NCBI GenBank assembly: GCA_964016885.1
Contig: OZ024742.1
Coordinates: 180,606,001 to 180,670,000 of the forward strand
DNA length: 64,000 bases
Direction: 5' to 3'
From: Eledone cirrhosa
Lineage: Eukaryota
The notes beneath the pieces are model-generated. The model had not been told where the DNA came from. It ran no database searches and saw only the letters and a program-made list of their open reading frames with translations. How positions within the stretch are numbered: position 1 is the stretch's first letter; the number at the start of each line of letters is the position of its first letter. The translations under genes were made by a program, and so were the position numbers. This document shows, piece by piece, positions 20,370 through 33,012 of this stretch.

Positions 20370-21782
20370 GATAGTGTTGCAACACCAATCAGGAAAATCT
20401 TCTTTAGACTCCTCAAAAAACACTTCCCACCACAACACCGCTACCACAACATAATCAACAAAAACACTATCAAACTCTCCTACAGCACCACACCCAACTT
20501 CGCACAAAACATCGCCTCCTCAAACAACAAGAACCTCAATTCTAACGGAAGAAACAACCTAGACATTAGTGGAGAGCCGACCAGGAGGTGTAACTCTCCG
20601 GATAGATCAACGAGCCCCCTCAACAACAGATGCCGAGAACATAACGTGATCTACCAATGCAACGTGAGGAGGGAAAACTCCAACAAAACCTATATAGGAT
20701 TAACCGCCTGTGATATTAAGATTCGCTCTACCAACACCGACATACGTTCAGAAACCCGGCCCGGCGTCATACCACGACACTTTCAGGCCACATTTGGGAC
20801 CTCCAAGATAATAACATCACATACCATCTAAGTTGGAGCTTACTTTCCAGGGCTAACTCTTATTCGGGAGGACGCCATCCATGTAACTTATGCTCGGAGG
20901 AAATGATACAAATGCTGTTTACGAAGGATCAACTCCTAAACAAAAAAGACGAACTTGTAACCACATGTAAACACCGATTACATAGGACTTACCTCGCCTT
21001 CAAACTTCCTCACGACCTGGGTGGGTAGACAATGGCTGTAACATCTTTCTTTTCCCCACTTGTCGAACAAAATAGGGGAAACCCCAGCATACATAGGTAG
21101 ATGTAATACTTTTCTTTTTTCTTTTATTTCTTCTTTCTTCTCACTTCCTTCCCCTCCCTCTCCTTTTCCTTTTTCCTCTTTCGCTTACCCATCGGGTTTC
21201 TGTAGCCTCAGTACCCCCATTCCCATGAAATCTATATAGCATTGGCTGAAAACACAACACCAGCTAAAAATATAGCAGTTGTTTTCTTTTTTAGGGGGTG
21301 CATCGTTATTGATAATTCACCGTTATGAGACGAAGCCCCGGGGTACTGAATTAGATGTATTTTATTAATTCCGTTTTTCTTGTTTTAGACTCTAGTTCTT
21401 TAATTTTATAAATTCCCTTCTTTCAGATTCCTGTATAATTCTATTTTCGCTATGCCTTTTAGCTAGCCTACTTAATCCACACTCTTTAGAAATAGCTGTA
21501 TAGAATTCACTCTTAACGCTTGACCGGCTTCACCCAGTCCCTCTTTGTTCTACAAGCAAGTTCAGCCACCCACCGCCATGAAAGATTTAACTGTGTTCAG
21601 AAAGAACTTTGACCACTCCTTTTGATAACTATAACCTTCAGAAATGCCTGACTATCGCATACCCATATATGGAATTACCCCTTGAAGAGATCGGCTATAA
21701 CACCACACTAAAAATTTAATTTAGTCCAGAAATAGCTGTCAAAACCGCTTGAGCTCTGCCGTCGGGGTTCTGACTCTTTTCC
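20370..21782 (+). mobile_element. 5'-truncated Penelope-like element
   Basis: KHFPPQHRYHNIINKNTIKLSYSTTPN thumb/linker, GIY-YIG motifs NVIYQC...TYIGLT, frameshifted CNLCSEE; 3' non-coding end with hammerhead remnant, ending in (TA)n. Confidence 0.92.
21677..21768 (+). ncRNA. Decayed type I hammerhead ribozyme at the Penelope 3' end
   Basis: Stem I ACCCC/GGGGT, core TTGAAGA, stem II GATCGGCTAT/ATAGCTGTC, AAAA in place of GAAA, stem III CCGC/GCCG around GAGCTC, GTC triplet; the intact GAAACGGC..GCCGTC form is seen at 18431-18453. Confidence 0.7.
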
Positions 21783-21814
<32 letters not shown>

Positions 21815-21855
21815 CGAAACATAAGTCAATTGCATGATCTCATAATCCTTTATTT

Positions 21856-21911
21856 ACTGCTATATATATTTCGATGATAGCCATTGAATGGCTATGACCT
21901 CATCAGGCAGT
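21856..21911 (-). ncRNA. Intact minimal type I hammerhead ribozyme
   Basis: ACTGC-CTGATGA-GGTCATAGCCAT-TCA-ATGGCTATCATC-GAAA-T-ATAT-A-TA-GCAGT: 5-bp stem I, complete core, 12-position stem II with one mismatch, 2-bp stem III with palindromic loop. Confidence 0.88.
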
Positions 21912-22554
21912 TAGTCAGTTCTTAGATATGCCAGCTCTGTGTTTATGGTGTTGATGGTATCAGAGCCTTGGGACATATATATATATAATTTGGAAATGTG
22001 AGAAACCAAACAAAGAAAATAACTGTAATAATAGTCAATTGATATAAATATAAGCTGGGAAAACGAAGGAAAATACCTCTAGAGGTGGGAAATATTGACC
22101 ATCATCATCACCACTTAATTTCTATTTCCATGCTTGCATGGGTTAATCTGGTTGTCATATTCTGTGGCTAGACAGGTCAGGGGACCATGTCCTGTTCACA
22201 CATTTTGTTTTTGGTTTGGTTTCTACATCTAGATGCCTATTTTAGCGTCACTACATGCTGTGAAGTGTTACAGCATGTATTGAGAGCATTTGTGTGGTAT
22301 TAGCACTACCGCCTTACAGTTGAGGTCTCACCAACTAATCTAGCCTCGGACTGATAACCCAGCCAACCCATGCTAGGATAGAAAGCACACAGAAAATGAT
22401 GATGATTACGATGATGTTTCATCTGGGACAAAGAGACTATTCTTAGGACCCGTTTCAGGTTCTCTGAGACTGAAGAGAATGAGAGAGATGATTAAACTTG
22501 AATGTTTGCAACGAAGAGACTTCCCATAAAGTCACTCCTCCACCTGGTGGCAGC

Positions 22555-22675
22555 TTAAGTCTACCATCCAATGGCCAACTGGTGGTGTTAAAACAGTTGA
22601 CAGATTAAGTCTACCACCCAAACCCCAGGTGTTGGTGTTAAACTGGTCACAGATTAAGTCTATCACCCAAAAATT
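22555..22675. repeat. Three degenerate ~48-bp tandem units
   Basis: TTAAGTCTACCA..C...TGGTGTTAAA..GT..ACAGA recurs at about 22556, 22605 and 22653. Confidence 0.7.
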
Positions 22676-23468
22676 GTTGGTTTTGTGCTTAAATCAGAAA
22701 CCATTATGTAGTTCTACTTACACATCTAAAGAAAAATAGAACATCAACATAAGTCTGCTCAAATAAAACTAACTATGGTATAAACAAAAAACAACAAATT
22801 GTCAATGAAGAAGCCATTACATGGTTATTCAAATTGCTAGTAACAGCAGCTAAATCTCCCTCTATTCTCAACTTACTTAAAAGAAGGATAGAACACATTG
22901 GAGAATGTGGTCCTAGATACACTGTGTCTAAAAAAAAAAAAGAAAGAATAATTACAGCTGGAATTCTTTTGATCACATATTTCTTGGTAAAGAATTAATC
23001 TAAGACTAAACAACAACAATAGGAAATATAATTATATCTCAATTTCAACAAATATATTCTGAGATGTTCACTAAAAAGAATAGGAGTCAACTATTAGATC
23101 GGACCAAGCAAACAATGTTTCTATTAATCCTTCCATTGCTGATAATATCTGAGTCACAACTGATAGAAGGATTAATATGGAATGAAGTATTTTGCTCAAG
23201 AACACAAGATGTCACCTTGTCCAGGAATTGAAACTCCTACTTTATTTTGAGTTCAACACATTAACCTCAAGGCCACATGTTTTTACATAATGTATATTAC
23301 CAAATATAGTAACAGTTCTCTGTTTCATTGCTAGAGATGAAGTGAAGGACAAGTAAGAGGCAATAATAATAAACTTTCGCAGCTGCCTAAAATATGGGTC
23401 CAGGTTTTATAGAAAGAAAAGTATTCTAGAGTATTTTTATGGTTCTTTATAGTGAATTATGAGATCAT

Positions 23469-23913
23469 AATTGTTTCTACTTTAGGCACAAGGGCAGCAA
23501 TTACCCAGTTCATTACTGGTACTTTATTTTATGAGATCATAATGTAATACCATAACCACTCAGCCAGCCTCCTCTGTAAGTTAAAGATAATGACCATGAT
23601 GAATGCTTTGATGAGAATGATGATGACAATGAGTATTTGATGAGGACATTGGTGTTGATGACGATGGCAATAATGACAATGATGATGATGATGATGATTT
23701 GGATAGGATAACAATGACAATTCATGATAATCATGGTGATAATTGTTTCTACTTTAGGCACAAGGCCAGCAATTACCCAGTGCATTACTGGTACTTTATT
23801 TTATCGACCCCGTAAGGATGAAAGGCAAAGTCAACCTCGGCGGGATTTGAACTCAGATCGTAAAGGGACGTAACTATGCTGGAAAGCATGGCGTCCGACC
23901 TTCTACCGATACT
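23469..23913 (-). mobile_element. Two Nin/Deu-like SINE pieces (23469-23531 and 23740-23913) separated by TGA-rich sequence
   Basis: Match to the other copies in the window. Confidence 0.85.
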
Positions 23914-25699
23914 GATAATGATGATAAGACAGCAGTGATGAGGATGATGAGCATGAGGATGAGAGCATAGGAGTAGTAGTGATGATGATGATTATGTTGA
24001 TGAGAACATGATGATGTTGGTGGTGATGATCATGATGACACCAATGGCATTAAGATGACAAACAAGATATCTAATGAATTGTTAACATTAGGTTTTAGCC
24101 TGAGTTCGATAGTTGTTGTCTGTTGTAATAGGATCATATCAGATGTTGTTTGTGTAACCAGAGCTGAATCACTTTACTTTGGATGGAGTCACAATCAACT
24201 TCATTACGGTCACCATCATCACCACTTCCACATTCACCACCACCACCACCACCGGAAAGAGACAGAGAATGATATAGTGTATTCCTACACTTAAGATAGT
24301 AAAAAGTAATTCCACTGATATTACTACATCTCCCAAACCAATGGAAGGATTTTCCTGATAGTTGTTATTGATACAACAGAGACATGCCTCTACACAATAT
24401 GCATATATACTTATATAAATATATATATACATTTATATACATATATACATGTTGAAAATCAACAAGGTAGGGTCAGAAAGTGATGGTGTTTTTCTAGACT
24501 AAATATAGTAAAAGTAGTTCCACTCATGTTACTACAAGGGCCATCGATCATTAAGAATGTAGGAATTAGCTAATGACTTGAGCATTTTCCTTTGGCTGGT
24601 GCCAGACAATTTTCACAGAAATGTTTTGCATGCATCACTTCTCAGTAACAGTAATTACAAGACTGTATGAGAATGGGAAATGAAGAATAGAAATCATTCG
24701 AAAATTTATCAATTTCTCTTTTACTAGTGATGAGTCATAATTCCAGCCATTCCATTAGTTGTTATAGTTATCACCACATTCTGAAAAGGTGTGACAGTTT
24801 CAATTGCATTGGAAGATAATATTGATTATATTTTTTGGTGTTTCAGAAGAAATCTGTGCTTGACCATATATTCCATCCATTTATATACATGCTTTGATTC
24901 GTTTGAATGATAATAGAACAAAAAATTCCCTACGTGCTGTTAAGAATAGTCATTGGTTTGTCCATCAATGATATCACGTCTTTACATGTTATTTTCTCTA
25001 TTAAGTAAATTCTGATAGCAAAACGTCTCTGCTATTACAATATTTGCATTAATTCTGTTTTGCATTGTATAGTTATTTTCTGGATTTTAAAACCAAAACA
25101 AAGCTGGAATAAAACATATCGATTGAGATTCAAATTATTCACAAGGCAAAATTTACTATAAGTATATAATATTTCGAGCTTTCTTTCTGAAAGTAGCTGA
25201 AACGAATGCATATCAACTGGTAGATTATTTTCAAAAACCCAATATGCCAGAAGAGAAGATAGGAGGATCACTGCTGAAATGTTGGTCAAAGGATAAAATA
25301 TTTTAGAGAAATATGCACAGATCAAGGCACAGATCAAATTTGAGTGTGAAATAAACTGGAAAATAAAAATAAAAACAGTGAATAAACCTACAATAGAAAC
25401 AGAGAAAGGACAGCACATCACAAAACTCACACGAATACAAACAGATAAGAGAAATAACTAAAACTACGACTTAACCCTTTTAGTATCAAACAACCTGAAA
25501 CTAACCCCAGTTTAAGGATTTGACAATACTGAACAATACAGAACTGTTTGTGTTAAGGTGCTTATATTTATCTAAAAACCTTCATCATCGGAAGTGTATT
25601 TGTGAAGTTATGTTCCAAACTACAGCTTAATAATGAAAGAGTTATGATAGTTATTTTATAAAATTCTCTGAATTCTTTTATTTTTTATTTTTACAAAAC

Positions 25700-26180
25700 A
25701 TTTCTGTCTATCAACAAAAGGCTGGCTGTATGCTGCTTGCAAATAAGTGGAACATGGTAGCAAATGTAGAGGATAAGTGGAACATGGTAGCAAATGTAGA
25801 GGATGTGTAATGAAACAAGCATGATTTGATGGATGTGTGAGGTCAATGTACATGAGCAACAAAGCATGGATGAGCTGGAAGAAAAATTGAGTATAAGAGG
25901 AATCCATTCTAGTGTGTAAGAGAGAAGACTGTACTGGTATGGACATGTGAAGCATATATATGATAATCGTTGATTGGGGAAGAACCAGGAGTTCCCAGTG
26001 GAAGAAAGATGTAGTAGAGGAAAACCAAAGAAGACTTGCACAGAAGTGGTGAGAGCAGATCTCAAAATGACGAACCTTACAAAGGTGATGGTGAAGGAGT
26101 GCAACAAGTAGAGGGAAGCTGTGATGGAAAAGACCAATCTAACTGATGCAAACAAGGAAAAAAGGATAACGATGATGATG
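25700..26180 (+). mobile_element. Decayed RTE 3' fragment with a 30-bp tandem duplication
   Basis: Homologous to about 6140-6616; ATAAGTGGAACATGGTAGCAAATGTAGAGG occurs twice at 25743-25802. Confidence 0.85.
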
Positions 26181-26575
26181 CTGAAGATTTCACAATAAAC
26201 AAATTTTACAGTTGGAAAATTTTACTCAATGACTGAATTCTATTTCTCAAAGGAAAATGTTTCACAAATTCAAACCTGCTCTTCAAAAGTAAAATATATT
26301 GAATGCCTCAGACCTGTTTCTCAAAAGTAAACATCTTCACTAACTGATACCAACCTCTCAAAGCAAAAGAAATGTTTTCACAATCTGCAAACTGCTTCTT
26401 GATAAAAAGAGAAAAAATTACCATAAGGGTTGGGAGGAATCTCCAATCGTATCAAGGACATGACAACTGTCCTAGTGTTAATGATTGACATGATAAATGC
26501 ACCCGGTATATGCTGTAAAATAGTTGGTAATAGAAGGTCATCCAGCTGTAGAAGACCTGTCAAAAAAAGAAAACA

Positions 26576-26665
26576 GAAATCTGATGAGCTTTTGATTTCT
26601 GAGTCGGGCCTGATCGATATGGATTGAACCTTGAGCTGATCAATTGCGAAACACGCATCACACCT
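26576..26665 (+). ncRNA. Decayed hammerhead ribozyme (Penelope pLTR type)
   Basis: CTGATGA-GC..TTGATT...GATCAATTGC-GAAA-CACGCA-TC followed by AATAAA; CACGCA looks like CpG-decayed CGCGCG; stem I poorly paired. Confidence 0.6.
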
Positions 26666-26725
26666 GAATAAACTTAATGACAATGTAATACCTCAGCCAT
26701 ACTTATTATTAATTATATATATATA

Positions 26726-26798
<73 letters not shown>

Positions 26799-27523
26799 AA
26801 GAGAGAGAGAGAGAGAGATTATATATAAATTGCACATATGTCTATATGTGCTTATAAGCTGTTTATTTCTATATGGGTTGTATATAAAATAAAGAGAACA
26901 AGTGTGCATGCATTTTAACCAGTATCTTTTCAATATTTAATGTACAGCAATGTTTAATGTAATGGTAGACAGTATATGAGTGTTCAGACTAGTTAGTGTG
27001 GGGACCAATGAGGTGTGAGAACACATATTTGGCTCACTGTGTAAGTAATAAAAGAGATTTTGTAATTTCTGTCAATATGGTTTCTCACTAAATGCTTAAA
27101 GCTATAAAACTAATTCATTTTCAGCACAATATGAGGTCTGATTTTTCCTCCCCCACAACCCTTCTTCTGTTATATTTCTAACTTCCATACATCATTTTCA
27201 CCATATCTTTTAAACAATCCACCATTATTCACTTTCCAACTCTGCTTTCTAAAATCTCAGTTTTCACTTCTCAGTTCTGTTCCATGTTTTTCATTTTAAA
27301 CTTTCTGTTTTTGTTTAATATTTCTTTTACTTGATTTTCTCTCTTCTTTTCTTATAATTTTTGACATCGTTTTCTCTACTTTTTTAAAGTCTTTTCTTCA
27401 GTACACTTCTTCTTTTTAATAATTTCCTGCAGAGGACAAAAATATAAACAATGAAAATAATTGAAAAATATTAGAAAGACAATAGAAATGTAATAAAGTA
27501 TAATAAAGCAAATGAATAAAACA

Positions 27524-27555
<32 letters not shown>

Positions 27556-28196
27556 TCTCTCACACTCTTTCGCCCTCTCTGTATGTATGTGTATACATAT
27601 GTGTGTATGTGTATATTTGTCATGCTTTATATAAATATATGTATATATATATATATATGTGTGTGTGTATATATATGTCATTCTTTAGATATATGTATGT
27701 ATATATATATATATATCATCCTTTTACGTCTGCTTTCCATACATATAAAGTCTATTAGGTTTTGTTATAAATTGTAAATAAAAACAAAAATATATTGGTA
27801 ATCTCTAAGTTTTTTTCTAAGAAACCAAATGACAACCAACTAGTGCTTAAAGTACATATTGCTAAATGGCAAATTTTAAAATATTTTCAATAAATTATCA
27901 CAGCTAATATGACAGAAATATTAGAATACCTGGCTGATTACATTTTAGCATTAAGTTTCATCATTATGTGGTTTGGGTTCAATTTGCACCATAATCAATA
28001 TTGCTATACATCAATTGAGTAACAGGACAATGGTCACCAGTCATATACTGGAGACAATTTGACTATAATATGCATCATCATATAAATCTATTCTATATAA
28101 CACTTAAGAAATCTATATTACACATCTTCTTATGTCTGTTTTGTATATCACCTTACAAATATATCCACCACATTACAAGTCTGTTTATACACCATA

Positions 28197-28542
28197 TGGA
28201 GGCACATGGCTTAGTGGTTAGAGCATTGGCCTTGCAATCAAAAGGTTGTGAGTTCAATTCTCAGACCGAGTGATGTGTTGTTTCCTTGAGCAAGACACTT
28301 TATTTCACATTGCTCCAGTTTACTCAGCTGTAGAAATGAGATGATAGGGACTGCGGTCCATATCATACCACTGCAAAGTGGTCGTGGAGGTGCCACGGCA
28401 AAAAAGCACCCAGCACTCACTGTAAATGAGGTTGGTGTTAGGAAGGGCATCCAGCTGTAGAAATCAAGCCAGCATCAGTTCCTGTCCCACCCTTGCAAGC
28501 AGGGAAACAACGGACGTAAAATGAAATGATGATGATGATGAT
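28197..28542 (+). mobile_element. Composite tRNA SINE with RTE family A tail
   Basis: Closely similar inverted counterpart of 16138-16480. Confidence 0.9.
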
Positions 28543-28557
28543 ACATCATAATACCAA

Positions 28558-30025
28558 TCTATATATATAAAACTGTGGTTGTCTGTCTGTCTATCGATTT
28601 TTGGCACACATCTCCTCTTAGAATCTCTCACGGAATTGCACCGAAATTGCTATACTTGTACATTGAGCCCTAGCGAAGACATCGGAAAAAAAAAATTTCA
28701 AATTGACCCACCCTATGTGACGAAATCGAATATAATGTATCGATTTTTGAGCGTAAGTTATCAGTTATTTCCCTTTGTTCTGTTTACATTGAGCGTCTTA
28801 CGTAAAAAATTACGCTGGCTTTCTCAGCGTTTAAAATGACATTAACACAATACACGAACAGTTGAACACTAAGCTTCCGTTTTGCTTCATTTCCATTTAA
28901 AAGCATTTTAAAATAATATTTTTACTTGAAAACAAGTCTATTTAAAGACTACGTAAAACAAGCCAATATTTCGTCGTTAGGCGTGCAGACAGACAGTCGT
29001 GCAGACAGATAGTCGTGCAGAGAGGTGATATAGGCGTGCAGACAGAAAGTCGTGCAGAGAGGTGATATAGGCGTGCAGACAGACAGTCGTGCAGAGAGGT
29101 GATATAGGCGTGCAGAGAGGTGATATAGGCGTGCAGACAGACATAACTGATAATTTGGTTACGCTAATGTTTTTCTCTGCGTTGCAGTGTTTACATTTTC
29201 GATCTTTGTTAATAAATAACCAGTGCAGTTTCTATCCCCAGCATCCTCTTTTGTTATAACATTCGGGTTATCGTTATGTTTTCTTAACTTCATAAGGCAT
29301 ATTGTTGGTTGAGGGAATATTAATCAAAAACACCACATGCAAGTCTGCACAGTAGACACTACAGTTTTTAAGCCAAGAAAGAAACTTAACATTGTAACTT
29401 TAACACAGCTACTGAGCGCACAATACACGAACAGTTGTCGAGCCAGCAAAATATTGACCTGCAAAATTCATCAGTTCGAACACTAAGCTTCCGTTTTGCT
29501 TCATTTCCATTTAAAAGCATTTTAAAACAATATTTTTACTTGAAAACAAGTCTATTTAAAGACTACGTAAAACAAGCAAATATTTCGTCGTTAGGCGTGC
29601 AGACAGACAGTCGTGCAGAGAGGTGATATAGGCGTGCAGACAGACAGTCGTGCAGAGAGGTGATATAGGCGTGCAGACAGACAGTCGTGCAGAGAGGTGA
29701 TATAGGCGTGCAGACAGACATAACTGATAATTTGGTTACGCTAATGTTTTTCTCTGCGTTGCAGTGTTTACATTTTCGATCTTTGTTAATAAATAACCAG
29801 TGCAGTTTCTATCCCCAGCATCCTCTTTTGTTATAACATTCGGGTTATCGTTATGTTTTCTTAACTTCATAAGGCATATTGTTGGTTGAGGGAATATTAA
29901 TCAAAAACACCACATGCAAGTCTGCACAGTAGACACTACAGTTTTTAAGCCAAGAAAGAAACTTAACATTGTAACTTTAAAACAGCTACTGAGCGACCCC
30001 GAGCAACGCCGGGCTTTACTGCTAG
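28558..30025 (+). mobile_element. Non-autonomous Helitron with internal duplication
   Basis: A|TCTATATATATAAAA start, subterminal hairpin CCCGAGCAACGCCGGG, CTAG|T end; ~0.55-kb block duplicated. Confidence 0.9.
28979..29142. repeat. 37-bp minisatellite inside the Helitron (second array at 29593-29720)
   Basis: Unit AGGCGTGCAGACAGACAGTCGTGCAGAGAGGTGATAT with shortened variants. Confidence 0.9.
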
Positions 30026-30129
30026 TCTATAATAAACACATCCTTATAAATCTATGATATACATCAACTTTCAAATTTATATAATACACCATCTTACAAA
30101 TTTATACAACATATCTTACCTTTATAATA

Positions 30130-30455
30130 ATCACACTGCATCTCTATGTGTATCTCATTTTGAATACATACACTGTATCTCTGTGTGTTTCTGGTTTAGA
30201 AGAAGTGCACTGTAATTTTGTTTGTAACTGACTTAGAAAAGGTATGTCATATCTATGTGTATACTTCACTAGACTAATCTGAAATAAACACATTCTTAAA
30301 AATCTATATTATCCCTCTGTGTATATCTGGATTATAAATGGTACACTGTATTCCTGTGTGTATCTGGTTTAAAGTAGGTATGCTATATTCCTGTGTGTAT
30401 CTAGTTTAGAATAGGTATGCTATATTCCTGTGTGTTTATAATAGGTACACTCTAT
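30130..30455. repeat. Degenerate ~37-bp minisatellite
   Basis: TATTCCTGTGTGTATCTGGTTTAGAATAGGTATGC-like units. Confidence 0.75.
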
Positions 30456-31946
30456 CCCTGCTTGCCATATGAGGCAACTAAAAGGGTTGGTTTCAGGAAG
30501 GGCATCTGACCATAAAACATAGCCTAATAAAAAAAAGAAAATACTCCATATGAGCCTACAAATCTAAGCCTTGCTTTACTAGAGAAAATGGCCTTATTGT
30601 TGCGGGCTGTATATTTATGATATAATTGTTAGATTAAATACGTTAGACATTTTCTTTTAATTTCTGCATATGCTTTTAGATAAAATAATAAACAAAGTTT
30701 ATTTATATTTTTCTTTGTGCAATTCATAGTTGTAGAAATGTCATTACATAAAATATTATATTATAGATATAAGAAATCTAGGAAATGATCTATTATCAAC
30801 AAGCAAACAGATTGAAAGTAATGAAAATATTAATGAAGAGAAGTATAATACAATAACAAAACTATTTTGTTCCCTTCTTCGTTTCCAAAAACTATTGTTG
30901 GGATCTTTCCATCTCTAATTTTCTTGTTTATATTTAGATTTGGCAACTGACCATAACACCTTTATTATTTTTGTGTGACTCTTAAAGTTTATTGGAAGAA
31001 CAAAATTCAGTGAATGACTCTCATAGAAATGGTTGAGCTGTGAGTTATACTAAGTCCAATAGTCAAGGATTATGTGGGTGCCTGGTAAAACATGTTGACT
31101 GATAATTGGTAATAGGGATTGTGGGATCCGCTATAACGGCCATTTCAACATTTTACTGAAAATGTATTAAAGTTAGAATGTTTCATATTTTACTGTCTTT
31201 TAGACTAAAAAATGTTGTTTAAAGTTCTGGTTACATAGACACATGATTGTATAGTATTCTGCTCCATTACTGTATGGGTGAGAAACGAGTTTATTAGCTG
31301 GTTATAATAAAATTAAAGTGCTATTCTAGGAATTACAAAAGATAGCAATAATTTGAAACTAGAGATAATTAGACGAAATAAGGTAAGGTGAAATTAGATT
31401 CAAAGAGGAATTCAAATAGATGAGAAAATTACAAATACCCTTGGTACACATCTATTGAGGTACAAAGAAACATAGTTTAAAATCTAAATATAATAGGCAA
31501 AATTATATGAATAAGAATAATATGGAAATTTTGGAAATGGTCTGAATGAAAAATTGAAAAATTATTGAGAAGTAACTATTAAATTTATGATCATAATTCA
31601 GAACAAGATTAGGCAATAGAGGAAAAGATAAACGTTTTATAGATGAGAAAACATATTTGTTTCAAGTGTAAGATATGAAGAAATGGTAAAGCCATAGAAC
31701 AATAAAGATGAGAATTATTTATATAATAGAGACACTATATAAGTTTATATTATTGAAGCTGTGCGTGTAATTCAGTTAGTCTGAAAATTATGTCTAGTAC
31801 GTTATATCTGTATCAAAAGCAATCCCGGCAGAAATCATTTTGTTTTAAATGATATATAACTATTTTCAGGCTTATATAAATGTCTTTGTTAGAAATATCA
31901 TTTTGAAAAAGAATACTTGCAGGAATTTTATAAATGTTAATATAAA

Positions 31947-32250
31947 CATCATCATCAGGTCGAGCTTGCTCGGCTTTCTACGACACGTTTCCTCCATCCA
32001 TCTCTGTCTCTCATAGCATCCGCAGTGTATCCAGTATCGTCCTCAAGTTGCTTGACGTATGTCTTCTTGGGACGACCAGCGTTTCTTGCTCCATGAGATG
32101 GACTCCATAACAACACATCACCTGCTATTTCTTCCTTGCTGTGCCAACAGTGGCCAGCAAATTTGAGTCTCTGTCCACGTATTGACCTGCTGATAGGTGG
32201 TATATTCCCATAGAGATCCTTATTTGTTGGATGTTCCCTCCAAGACACGT
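31947..32250 (-). mobile_element. 3' fragment of an RTE/RTE-X LINE
   Basis: NVSWREHPTNKDLYG...RLKFAGHCWHSKEE...LLWSPSHG..GRPKKTY; (TGA)n tail. Confidence 0.9.
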
Positions 32251-32271
32251 TTATATATATATAATATAATA

Positions 32272-33012
32272 TAATTGTTTCTACTTTAGGCACAAGGCCA
32301 GCAATTACCCAGTAAGGATGAAAGACAAAGTCAACCTTGGCGGGATTTGAACTCAGACCGTAAAGGGACGTAACTATGCTGGAAAGCATGGCGTCCGACC
32401 CTCTACCGATACTGCCAATCCACCGCCATATATATAATATAATATAATAAAATATAATATAATTGTTTATACTTTAGGCACAAGGCCAGCAATTACCCAG
32501 TGCATTACTGGTACTTTATTTTATCGACCCCGTAAGGATGAAAGGCAAAGTCAACCTCGGCAGGATTTGAACTCAGATCGTATGGTTACAAGAGGTGGTT
32601 TAAGCTGGAGGTGTGCTTGTGTGTATGATGGTAAGATCAGCCATTGTTATAAAGACACTGTGATAGAAGTATGTGTTATGTCACATTAAAAGGGATATTA
32701 AATCTCAATAAGATTAAGGAGAATGTAAGAAAACAAATCAAAACAGAAGATAAATAATGATAGTACATACAATGAATATAATAAGCTGATATAGTGATGT
32801 GAAATACTAAAAATGTCATGTGCTATTAGCTGGATATTAATAATAATTGTTTCTACTTTTGGTACAAGGCCAGCAATTATCCCAGTGCATTACTGGTACT
32901 TTATTTTATTGACCCCGTAAGGCAAAGTTAACCTCGGTAGGATTTGAACTCAGATCATAAAGGGAGGTAACTCTATGCTTCAAAGCATGGCGTCCGACCC
33001 TCTACCGATACT
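32272..33012 (-). mobile_element. Cluster of three same-orientation Nin/Deu-like SINEs (32272-32428, 32460-32582, 32844-33012)
   Basis: Match to the other copies in the window. Confidence 0.88.

Noticed and set aside
20255-20370. Two further hammerhead-like traces (CTGAAGA at 20260; GAAACCGGTA on the minus strand near 20335)
   Set aside because: Core residues and stem I are too damaged to support a call
24540-25430. Possible DNA-transposase relic on the minus strand
   Set aside because: Only a vague KHVYKWMEYMV resemblance; no catalytic motif or TIR pair identified
28197-28270. tRNA gene
   Set aside because: A and B boxes are present but run into a SINE body with no terminator or complete acceptor stem; the same applies to the other SINE heads
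28979-29720. CRISPR-like 37-bp repeats (also the ~50-bp units at 58510)
   Set aside because: Contiguous tandem units without unique spacers, inside eukaryotic transposons, and no cas genes
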